A stretch of 64,000 bases of DNA, from positions 9,548,001 to 9,612,000 of the forward strand of contig JBHGNT010000014.1 of NCBI GenBank assembly GCA_043228905.1. Reading direction: 5' to 3'. The stretch comes from Azolla caroliniana. Lineage: Eukaryota; Plantae; Polypodiophyta. Shown one piece after another: positions 1 through 10,575 of this stretch. The notes under the pieces were generated by a model, which did no database searches, was not told the DNA's origin, and saw nothing but the letters and a program-made list of their open reading frames with translations. The translations under genes were made by a program, and so were the position numbers. The first letter of the stretch is position 1; every line of letters starts with the position of its first letter.

Positions 1-313
1 TGGGTGGAAGATTCGAGCGACAACCAGGGCGACTGAAGAGCTTCATGGGGCCTACCCTAACATTAAGGTAACTATTGGCGACCTTGAGCATGATCAACAC
101 TTTTTTGTGCAGGAATCGGCCTCACATGCTATCATCCTTGGCGAGCCTTACATTACAGTATCTCGGATGGAAACAAAGGTACTTGATAATGGTTCGGCAT
201 ATGCACAGATACGAAGTCAAGATGGGACAAGCTCGGTTCAATTCCTCACCACAAGACCAAACCATGAAAGAAATAGGTATAGTTTAGGGAAAGAATCTAG
301 GGAGGATTTTTAA
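1..313 (+). pseudogene. A: C-terminal part of gag-protease ORF ending ...REDF*
   Basis: Homologous to the L ORF ending ...KMDF* (QNFFVQ...ILG-PF/YIT..RMETKVLDNG). Confidence 0.75.
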
Positions 314-367
314 TTCGGGCTATTAGGGAGAGGGACAACAATAGTCCAGGACATCTAACTATGTCCC
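304..367 (+). promoter_or_regulatory. A: candidate -1 frameshift signal (G GAU UUU + pseudoknot) between protease and RT
   Basis: GGATTTT 304-310, TAA, stem 317-324/340-347, stem 332-337/362-367; -1 frame open downstream; same geometry in L. Confidence 0.65.
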
Positions 368-608
368 CAAATCAGTGTAATAAAAGTTGTCACCCCATTA
401 ATGAAAATGAAGTCTTGTTTTCTAAAAATGGGATGTGTAAATTTAGCAACATTAATGGAGGAGATATTAAAATAGAAATCCTAGAGGAACAACTTAGAGA
501 AATCAGGATTATGAGCGAGGAAGCGGCAATAAACAGAACGGGTACATGGAGATAATAGCATTGGATGATACTCTTGGGGAAATGGAGAAAGTCATCGAAT
601 CGAAACTA

Positions 609-1059
609 TGTCATGATATGGCAAGACTCGAACCCATGACCTTATGCTACATGGGTCGAGCTCTTACCATTAGACTATGAATTGTAATACGTAGGATATT
701 ATTTTCATTTATGCTTTATCATAGAAAATTGATGTATATTCCAGATCTCTCTGGAACATTCTAGAAGCTTCAGGATTATTCCTGAGAACACTATAAAAGA
801 GGGCACTAGGCATTATGTTGAACCAAATTGGTTCAACGCCAGTCTTAAGCCTTTTAGCCATTTTGTACTTATCCTTCACATAATATATTGGTTGTCATCA
901 TCATCTCTCTCTCTCTCTCTCTCATCCTCGTTATCTCTCCTTTCTCTTCTCTCTTTCTCTCTCTCTCTCGGGAGTCTTACGCAGTCCCGTCCTCTTAGTA
1001 CTAATAGTACTACTCCTCTTTAGTACTAATTCCATCTCTGCTTAGTACTATTCCTGACA
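609..1059 (+). repeat. B 5' LTR
   Basis: Direct repeat of 5867-6315 (about 13 substitutions by eye); TATA-like CTATAAAA at 791. Confidence 0.95.
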
Positions 1060-1061
1060 AT

Positions 1062-1073
1062 TTGAACCAATTT
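1062..1073 (+). promoter_or_regulatory. B self-priming PBS
   Basis: TTGAACCAATTT is the exact reverse complement of LTR 825-836 (AAATTGGTTCAA); no TGG tRNA-type PBS present. Confidence 0.8.
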
Positions 1074-1128
1074 TTTTCTCCAACCTACTTGTCGTTCTCC
1101 CTCATCCTCCTACCCTTTTCCCTATACT

Positions 1129-2286
1129 ATGGCTACTGTTAGTGCCCAAGAATATCAATCCGTTTTCTCTGAGCTACAAGGCTTAAAAGAAAAATTCGTT
1201 GCCTTGGAACAAGAAAACCAACGGTTGATAGGGGATCTGCAACAAATCGCTCTAGAAAAACAACAAACGCAACAACAACATGGGGAGTTAGCGTTACGGA
1301 TGCAACAACTCGAAGCGGCATTGCAACAACAAGGATCAAGTCCCCAAGGATTTCATAAAGAGCCGAAGATTGGACTTCCTATGAAATTTGATGGAACGCG
1401 ATCGCAATTCAGGGGATTCCTTAATCAGGTACGATTAGTCCTCCAAATGCATGCTTCCCGTTATCCCAATGATGCATCTCGAGTCGGCTTAATAGGCACA
1501 TTGCTTAGCGGCTCAGCCTTAGCATGGTTCGCTCCGCTTCTAGAAAAACAATCGCCCTTGCTTAATAACTTTGAAGATTTTATTAGTGAGTTTGAAGCCT
1601 GCTTTGGAGACACCGACAGCATAAGGACGGCGATCAACAAGATCCGGCGATTGCGTCAAGGCGATCGTCCAGCCTCTGCCTACGCGGCGGATTTCCGCCT
1701 ACTTGCTTCAGATATACCCTGGGATGATCAAGCACTAATGGAGCAGTTTCGCTATGGCTTGGGAAACGATGTCAAAGATCTACTTCTAACTTTCCCCGAA
1801 GAACCAAAGTCTCTTACGGAGGCAATCAGTCGAGCGGTCCGATGTGACAACCGCCTTTTCGAACGGTGTTCAGAACGTCAATTACAGATACCACGCTCTA
1901 GGCCGGAGCCCACTTACGCCGCAGTCGCGGCTAAACTGTTTGCACGAGACATACCTCAAGCAAATACTTCGACACCGATGGAGATCGATACCATGCGTCG
2001 ACGCGGCCTGTTATCGGAAGAAGAAAAGCAACGACGACGTGCCAATCGATTATGTCTTTATTGCGGTGGACCAGGACATATCGCCATCAATTGTCCCCAT
2101 AGGCCAAGAAGACAGGTAAATCAAATCGTCGCCTGTACTAAACCCGAGTCAATTCTTCCCTTCGGAGTGTCTGATAGTATTAATAGTACTAATAGAGTGT
2201 CAAATAGTATTCATAGTACTAATAGCCCAAGTATCTCAAATAAATTTGAAATCCTTAGTCAATTAGATGAAGAGTTAAACGATTGA
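1129..2286 (+). CDS. gag: B Gag (retrotransposon gag/capsid domain + CCHC zinc knuckle), intact 385 aa
   Basis: [36 protein letters not shown]. Confidence 0.92.
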   Translation: MATVSAQEYQSVFSELQGLKEKFVALEQENQRLIGDLQQIALEKQQTQQQHGELALRMQQLEAALQQQGSSPQGFHKEPKIGLPMKFDGTRSQFRGFLNQVRLVLQMHASRYPNDASRVGLIGTLLSGSALAWFAPLLEKQSPLLNNFEDFISEFEACFGDTDSIRTAINKIRRLRQGDRPASAYAADFRLLASDIPWDDQALMEQFRYGLGNDVKDLLLTFPEEPKSLTEAISRAVRCDNRLFERCSERQLQIPRSRPEPTYAAVAAKLFARDIPQANTSTPMEIDTMRRRGLLSEEEKQRRRANRLCLYCGGPGHIAINCPHRPRRQVNQIVACTKPESILPFGVSDSINSTNRVSNSIHSTNSPSISNKFEILSQLDEELND

Positions 2287-2354
2287 GTCCAGCCAAAATA
2301 GGAGCCGTTTGGTTGGACAGCAGCCCTAGATCTGTACAGCCCATTAGTGGTTCC
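2274..2354 (+). promoter_or_regulatory. B gag-pol -1 frameshift signal (G UUA AAC + stem/pseudoknot)
   Basis: GTTAAAC 2274-2280, 6-nt spacer, 11-bp stem 2287-2297/2308-2318; pol is in the -1 frame; near-identical in H. Confidence 0.75.
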
Positions 2355-5300
2355 ATTCCTTCCAAGCAAGTTAGCAATGTGTTCCTAGCCCAAGCCATTG
2401 TTAGTACTAAAAGTACTCCCCCAGTACCCGTCCTAGCACTTTTAGATTCCGGAGCTAATTCCTGTTTCATGGATCGAAATTTTGCCCAAGCTTCTCAGAT
2501 ATCCTTAAGAAAACTTCCTTGTCCAGCATTTGTAGTAGTCATTGATGGTCGTCCCATTGCTTCCGGGAATATTGTAGAAGAATCAGAACCCACTCAAGTT
2601 GTCCTAAGTAGTTTTGTGTGTATAATATCATTTAATATAATTAGTAGTCCAGAGCATCCCATTGTCCTAGGATTACCTTGGTTTGAATTACATAATCCAG
2701 CCATAGATTGGAGAACAAGAGAAGTCCGATATCGACCACCCCAAGAATCAACTCACCGAGTTTCGACCATTTCACTCCATCAACTATGCGAAGAAGGACC
2801 CAAGGAGGCAATGTTCCTATTTTCCAGATCAGTACATCCTTCCAGCACTATTAAGAAGGACTCCTCAGTACAACTTCCGGCAAAATATCATCCTTATGCC
2901 GATGTATTTGACAAGGTAAAAGCCGGTACCCTTCCTCATCACCGTCCCTATGACTGTCCCATCGATTTACAACTAGGAACCGAGCCACCATGGGGACCAA
3001 TTTACAACTTGTCACCCACCGAGTTAGAAGTCCTTCGAGCCTACATAGAGGAGAACTTGGCAAGCGGGTTCATCTATCATTCGAAATCTCCGGCCGGTGC
3101 ACCCATCTTCTTTGTCAAGAAGAAAGATGGCTCACTTCGTCTCGTCGTTGATTATCATGGATTGAATGAAGTCACCATCCGGAATAGGTATGCACTTCCT
3201 CTTATATCAAGTCTTTTAGAGTGAGTTAATGGTGCCAAGTTTTTTACTAAAATTGACCTACGAGGAGCGTATAACCTCGTGCGGATCCGACTGGGAGATG
3301 AATGGAAGACCGCCTTTGGCACGCGGTATGGGCATTTTGAGTATACTGTTATGCCGTTCGGCCTAACCAATGCACCCGCAGTCTTCCAACACATGGCAAA
3401 TGATATATTTAGAGACCTCTTAGATATCTGTTTAATCATCTATCTGGATGATCTATTGATTTATTCGAAGACCCAGGAAGAGCACGATTCTCATGTACTA
3501 TTAGTACTAAAGCGACTCCACGAGAATGGTCTTTATGCCAAGCTAGAAAAATGTAGCTTTGACTGCAAGCAAGTGGAATTTCTAGGCTACGTCATCTCCT
3601 CAAAAGGCATCGCCATGGATCCAGCTAAATTCCAAACTGTACTAGAGTGGCAAATTCCACGGTCGGTACGAGATGTACAATGTTTTCTAGGTTTTGCTAA
3701 CTTCTACCGTAAGTTTATACAGGATTACTCGAAGATTATTTTACCTCTCACACAACTTACGAAGAAGGGCCAAGCATTTCTTTGGTCCATCGAAGCAGAT
3801 ATGGCTTTTCGGCATCTTAAGAAAGCCTTTACATCAGCACCGATTCTAGCTCATGTGGATACAAGCAAACCATTCATCATGGAGGCCGACGCATCAGGTT
3901 TCGCCCTCGGTAGCATCCTTTCTCAACAAGGAGATAAAGAAGAGTTGCATCCGGTGGCTTTCCATTCGCGCAAATTTGATGTCGCAGAAATCAACTACGA
4001 AATACATGACAAAGAGTTATTAGCCATCGTGGATTCATTTGTGCAATGGCGGCATTTCTTAGAGGGCTCTCCACATCAGGTCATTGTCTTTAGCGATCAT
4101 AAAAAACTTGCTTATTTTCAGAACGCTCGCGTACTAAATCGACGTCAAGCTCGGTGGGCGCACTTCCTCACGCGTTTCGACTTCAAAATCACATATCGAC
4201 CGGGGATGCAGCAAGGAAAAGCAGATGCACTATCACGGCGGTCATATCTTGCACCTCATCCTGGTGATGCAACCTTTGATAATCAAAAGCAAGTAATCTT
4301 GGGACCAACACGATTGCACACGATACAGATTTTTCACACCCCGATGGATTCACGGATTACCGATGACATACGTGCAACCTTGAAGACGGATAGTTTTGCG
4401 CAAGACATCCTGGCTCACATTGATACTTCTCGGGCATCCTGTTCTCAGTCTCAACAACCAGCTATTGACTACCGACAATTCAAATATCATGAGGGCTTGT
4501 TATTCTTTAAAAAGCGCGTATATGTCCCTGATTGCTCCTGTCGCCTTCAAATCGTCCAACATTGTCACGACACCCATACGGCGGGACATTTCGGTAGTAC
4601 TAAGACGTTGGAGCTAGTGCAGCGATCTTTTTGGTGGCCCCACATGCGCCGTTTTGTCGACGACTACGTTCAGACCTGTGATGCTTGCTGCCAAGCAAAG
4701 ATGCCACGACACCATCCATATGGCTTGTTGGAACCCTTACCGATTCCAAGTAAGCTGTGGCACTCTATTTGTCTTGATTGTATCACAGATCTGCCGGTCT
4801 CGAAGGGGTTCGATGCTATCCTAACCGTCGTCGATCGATATATGAAGATGGCACATTTTGTGCCGTGTACTAAAGCCATCACTAGAGAGGAAACCGCCGC
4901 CCTTGTTATGCGTGAGGTATTTCGGCATCATGGCCTCCCAGATAATATCATCAGTGACCGAGGACCGCAATTTGTCTCCAAATTTTGGCAGCATCTCTTC
5001 AAGATGCTCAAGGTCTCCTGCAACCTCTCCTCCGGCTACTATCATCAGACCGACGGGCAGGCGGAACGAACAAACCAAACACTGGAGCAATATCTCCGGT
5101 GTTTCCTGAGTTATCAACAGGACGATTGGGCCGAGATTCTCCACTTTGCGGAGTTTGCGTATAATAATGCTATTCACTCCTCGACTCGGGTCTCCCCATT
5201 TTTCGCTTATACCGGTTCTCATCCTCGCTGGTCGGTGATCGACACCCCGGAGCTACCTACCAATCCTCGTGTCGGGGATCATTTGGAGAGACTACGCAAG

Positions 5301-5855
5301 ATCCAGACAGATCTCTTGACTCATCTTCACCATGCTCAACAGACGCAGAAGACTTACGCGGATCGTCATCGGCTTCCCTCCTCTTTTCCCATCGGAGATC
5401 GAGTATGGCTCTTACGTCGTCACATCAAGACTACTCGACCGTGCGACAAGTTGGATTATCGACGACTTGGTCCTTTCCGTATTACGGGTAAGGTTAATGA
5501 TGTCACATTCCGCCTTGATCTCCCTCCGCAGCTTTAGATACATCCGGTTTTCCATTGTTCTCTTCTTGAACCTTATAAAGCAAACACCATTCCCGATCGT
5601 GTTACACCACCGCCACCCCCGCTGGAGTTGGACGCCGGCCTAGAGTATGAAGTTGCTGCCATCCTCGATTCCAAACGCATTCGCAACAAACTTTATTATT
5701 TGGTCGATTGGCTCGGTTATAGTCCAAGCGAACGTACTTGGGAACCCGTCAAGCATGTTGCCAATGCTCAGGATCTTCTTGCTGATTTCCACCGAAAGTA
5801 TCCGGACAAACCCGGTCCACAATCAGCGCCGACTCGTTCCACTCGTCGTCTTTAA
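2283..5855 (+). pseudogene. pol: B Pol (PR-RT-RNase H-IN-chromodomain) with two in-frame stops (3222, 5535)
   Basis: LLDSGA, YLDD, EADAS, IISDRGPQF, GPF; chromodomain EYEVAAILDS..YYLVDWLGY..TWEP; three ORF pieces in one frame. Confidence 0.93.
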
Positions 5856-5866
5856 GGGGGAGATAG

Positions 5867-6315
5867 TGTCATGATATGGCAAGAATCGAACCCATGACCT
5901 TATGCTACATGGGTCAAGCTCTTACCATTAGACTATGAATTGTAATACGTAAGATATTATTTTCATTTATGCTTTATCATAGAAAATTGATGTATATTGC
6001 AGATCTCTTTGGAACATTCTAGAAGCTTCAGGATTATTCCTAAGAACACTATAAAAGAGGGCATTAGGCATTATGTTGAACCAAATTGGTTCAACGCCAG
6101 TCTTAAGCCTTTTAGCCATTTTGTACTTATCCTTCACATAATATATTGGCTGTCATCATCATCTCTCTCTCTCTCTCTCATCCTCGTTATCTCTTCTTTC
6201 GCTTCTCTCTTTCTCTCTCTCTCTCGGGAGTCTTACACAGTCCCGTCCTCTTAGTACTAATAGTACTGCTCCTCTTTAGTACTAATTCCATCTGTGCTTA
6301 GTACTATTCCTGACA
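5867..6315 (+). repeat. B 3' LTR
   Basis: Follows PPT; TGTCATG...CCTGACA; TSD AACTA follows. Confidence 0.95.
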
Positions 6316-6320
6316 AACTA

Positions 6321-9300
6321 CAAGTCAACAGAATTATTCCAATAAACTCTGTCGCCTTATACACCGCCATCGACGAATACAAACAAGGTGTCGCGACGGA
6401 TGAAGTCGAAGTCAATACCAAATACAAGATTGTAGATAAGAAGGTCAAACATGTGGCTGCTCCCTTGCCTGAAGACAGTTGGCAACGAATAAAGGAGGTA
6501 GCGCGAGATCCATGCCTTAGAGACCCGAAAGGAGTAGGACATGTCTTCACCGACGAAACTTAGAGGAAGCTCAAAATTGGTGGGGGTGAGTTTTTGCTTC
6601 CCAAAGAAGAGTCCAAGTTCCGGGAAATGTTGGAGAAAATCGGATGTGGTGACCCAATGCTTGTGGAACCAATGGTTATCTTTACAATACCCCATGTGCA
6701 ATGGAACTTGAAGCCAATTCCCGTTCCAAGAGCTCACATTCCAAGAATGCTAGAGTTGTTAAAAGAAAATATTAGAATGGGAATCCTTGAGCCATCTAAT
6801 GCGCCATATTCGAATAGGTGGTTCACAGTGCCGAAGAAGAATGGAACACTTTGATTTATCCAAGATCTGCAATTGGTAAACAAGGTCACCATTCGTAATG
6901 TTGGTATTGGACCTAGTGTTGATGAGTTTGCTGAAGCTTTTGCAGGAAGGTCGATTTACTCGATTGGAGACTTGTATTCTGGATACAACCAATTTCAATT
7001 GTCTTTGGATAGTCGAGACATCACAACGATGCGGACTCCCATTGGGCTAGTAAGGATGTGTACATTACTGCAAGGGGCCACTAACTCGGTGGCCCACATG
7101 CCTTTCCTTGATGATATCCCTATAAAGGAGTGCCCTTAATTAGAGAAGGATGAGTCTTTAGATCAAGATGGATGTCGAAGATTTGTTTCAAACCATATTG
7201 AATACTGTGGAAGAGTGCCAAAAAGAGTAGAAGGTGCAGGGCTCACATTCTCCGGAGAAAAATCAGCATTTGGCCAACGTGAGATCCTCGTAGTAGGACA
7301 TCTTTGTGGACCATATGGACGGAAACCCTCTCCCAAGAAGGTGAATGCTATTCACGAGATGCAAGAGGAATGTGGAACGTAGACAAAGGTCCAAAGATTC
7401 TTAGGAGCATGTGTGTTCTACCACATTTGGATTCCACACTATGCTCATGTAGTTGAACCCTTCTATAGCTTACTAAAAAAAGGGAGAAAATTCAAATGGG
7501 AAACGGTACACATAGAGGCGATGAAGACGTTAAAAGGGCTACTAGTGGCAGCACCCACTTTAAGGAAAGTTGTCTACAAAGAAGGGATGCCCATCTACGT
7601 CATGGTAGATACGAGTCCAACGGGGATTGGAGGGGTCATCAGCTAAGAAGGAGAAGATAGCACACGGTACGCCATCTGGTTCAGAGAAAAGGTCCTTAGC
7701 GAACAACAACAAGGATATGCCCTAGTAAAGTGGGAACTTTGGGGTATCGTGTCTGCAGTGAAGGTAGACAAGGACTACCTGATCGGGTCGGAGGTGGTAA
7801 CTAAAACGGATTGCCTCCCAATCCTTGGGATAATCTCCAGATGTGCGAAACCAGATCTGGCTATGCTAAGGTGGATCATTTATATCAAGTCTTTGAACCC
7901 AGAGATCTGCCACATTGCTGGGAAGAACAACTCCATGGCTGACATGTTGTCAAGAGCAAGCTTCGAGGATGAAGGTGACATGGTTTCGGAAGATGAAGAC
8001 GTGGCCCTCAACTTCTTCAAGGTAGTCTGATTGTCGGCAGAAGACAGAGGCACGCCAACCCTCCACACTTTCAACGAGAACGAGTATGAAGAGGAGTGGT
8101 TACTAATCGGTAGATTCTTGAGAACAATGATGGTGGATGCTTCGTGGACGAAGGAAGAGGCCCTACAAATATGGAAGAAAGCTTACCATTCTTTTTGAAG
8201 GGAGGATTCCTCTAGCGGCACCCAAAGACAAGGACAAGGATACCACAACGAGTAGTGGTGAAGAAAGAGGACCAAACAACCTTGATGTCTGAATTCCACG
8301 ACAGTCCATGGGCAGGTCATAGAGGAACATGGGCAACATTTGAAAAGCTAAAGGAGAAGTATTGGTGGTCGAGCATGTATAAAGATGTACTACGTTTCAT
8401 GTCCACATGCGAAAGTTGCCAAGTACATTTGAACATACGTCACCGTGATGAGTTGCGGCCAACATATCCACTCACCATACACTTTAAATGGATGGTGGAT
8501 CTGGTCTCGATGCCAATGGGAGTGGGGCAGATGAAGTACTTGGTACTAGCGAGGGAAGACCTAACAAACCAGGTAGAAGGACGAGCCTTATCAAATAAGA
8601 CAACGACAACGGTATGCAAATTTCTGCTTAAAGAGGTCGTTTGCCGATACATATGTGTGGGAAAGATAGTGGCCAACTGAGGGGAGTTAGATGCACACGA
8701 AGCAATGGAGCTATTCAAGCAACTAGGTGTAAAGTTCTCCCTCACAACTGCCTATAATCCAGAAGCAAATGGGAAGATCGAGCAAGGGCATGGGCCGATA
8801 GTCAAAGTCATCGCACGAGCATGCGATGGTCGAGTTGGGAATTGGCTACGATTATTACCCTATGCATTGTGGGCCGATAGAACTACGCACAGTTCTGTGA
8901 CATGCTATATGCCAGCAAAGCTCATGTATGGACAGAAACCAGTAATGCCCATCGAGAGGACAATCGCCTCATGGGTAGCAATACCATGGGAAAACGAGAT
9001 GAGCCGGGAAGAATTATTGGCAGCACGGATAAGGTAGCTCGAAAGAAGACCTGAAGATCTAGAGAACGCGTGAAAGATAATGGAGACAGCCCGAATGAAG
9101 AATAAGATTCGGTTCGATAAGACACACCAACTGCATCCAAAGAAGATCGAAGAAGGAGATTGGGTATTGGTCTACGACAACAGTCTTGACAACCAACACA
9201 AAACGACAAGGAAGTTCGCAAGAAGTGGTTCGGACCGTATGTGGTGATGAGTGCCAACGACAACGCCACCTACCACCTCGGGGAGCTAGACAAATAGAGG

Positions 9301-9450
9301 CTTGCCATACCCATTGCGGGGAAAAGAGTGAAGATATTCAAGAAAAGATAACATGACGGTCCTAACCTCGATGATCTCGACAATGACGATAGTACAACGG
9401 GACCCACAAACGTGAGCAAGGTCAATGAGGATGTGGAGGAAATTGATTAA
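6321..9450 (+). pseudogene. pol: A RT-RNase H-integrase, fragmented
   Basis: ORF pieces 6294-9037 with RT, RH and IN motifs; many stops, frameshifts and short deletions. Confidence 0.85.
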
Positions 9451-9520
9451 TCACTGTAGCCGAAATCTCACACTCACTTCTTGGCACGTACTGAAGGACG
9501 TGTGGTTAGGTGGGGGTGGA

Positions 9521-10515
9521 TCTCGTGAAGATTTTCGGCAACAATGTGAAAATCACATGGACTGAGGAAAATTGAGAAGGTGTAATGTGCACACATATGA
9601 AAGGAGTGATGGTTACACATGTATGTTAGCAGGTTAATGTGCACGTGTGATGTGTGTTTAGGTGTTCATTACACAAGATATAAAAATAAGCCTAGGGCCT
9701 AGTGGCATACAACGATATGCAAGTAAAGTTATGAACCTTACACCTCAAGGATAGGAGGCAATTGACATACCATTAGGCTAGGTTGTTTTCGTTAATATTT
9801 ATTTCTTGTATTTTTCACATGTAATAGCTCGTACATGAGGGCTTGAATGAGAGACATGGTCATCATGCATCACATGTGATGCATGAGCGCCAAATGGCAA
9901 TCATGCATTTCATGCATTGTATGCATGTCTTACACCCTCCATGCATCATATGCATGAGGGCATCTATACAAGAAGGAAAGGAAGGGAAAGGAAATCAAGC
10001 AATGTATAAAATCAATAACAATAATAATTAATCTTAGTTATCTTATTGGCAATATGTCTTGTCCCTCAATTTTGAAGTCAAAGGTTCAAATCAAGAATTG
10101 GAATGCTCGTTCCTATCTATCTATCTTTAATATTGTCTCGCTTGCACTAGTCCTTCCGGTCCAGAACACTTACGGTTCCGCTTCATTGTCTTGAACGATC
10201 CTTTCGATCCACCATCACCACTTGCGGATAGAGGCCAGTGCTTATCTGCGCACGTGTAACACGCACATCTCGACGTTTGGCACATGCGTCACATGCTTCA
10301 CAACATCTTTGTGGTACGGTAAATATTTTCTCAATCTCTCTCTCTCTCTCTCTCTCAGTCAACCCACACAAGCATCTTCGACAAGAAGAACGACCCAATA
10401 GTAAACCTAAACGACGGTCGATTCCTTACAAGCACATGTCACCCGATTCATCCTCCTTGGTCAAAGACCCCAGTGGTCCCGTTCGACCGACCCACATGCG
10501 CGGATTTCCACGACA
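9521..10515 (+). repeat. A 3' LTR (approximate)
   Basis: Starts T(C)TCGTG directly after PPT and ends CACGACA (terminal inverted match); partner LTR outside window. Confidence 0.6.
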
Positions 10516-10575
10516 ACACAACCCCCTTGGGAGGGTGCTAGAGCCATTCTTGGCTTCACCCCCCACCCATCAACA
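10516..10575. repeat. Stub X: terminal ~60 bp of another LTR, inserted in C and itself hit by A
   Basis: Ends ...TCAACA exactly where C's reading frame (CEACQLGK) breaks off. Confidence 0.5.

Larger units (their letters stand above)
609..6315 (+). mobile_element. Element B: full-length chromovirus (Tcn1/Tf1-sushi-like Ty3/Gypsy)
   Basis: TG..CA LTRs 609-1059 and 5867-6315, TSD AACTA (604-608, 6316-6320), gag, pol with C-terminal chromodomain, PPT AAGGGGGAGATAG 5854-5866. Confidence 0.97.
1..10515 (+). mobile_element. Element A: degenerate non-chromovirus Ty3/Gypsy LTR retrotransposon; 5' part outside window; interrupted by B
   Basis: Protease C-terminus (1-313), RT (GDLYSGYNQF, PFLDDIPIK), RNase H, integrase (H-R-G...C-x2-C, TAYNPEANGKIE), PPT-like GGTGGGGGTGGA ending 9520, then 3' LTR. 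Confidence 0.88.
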
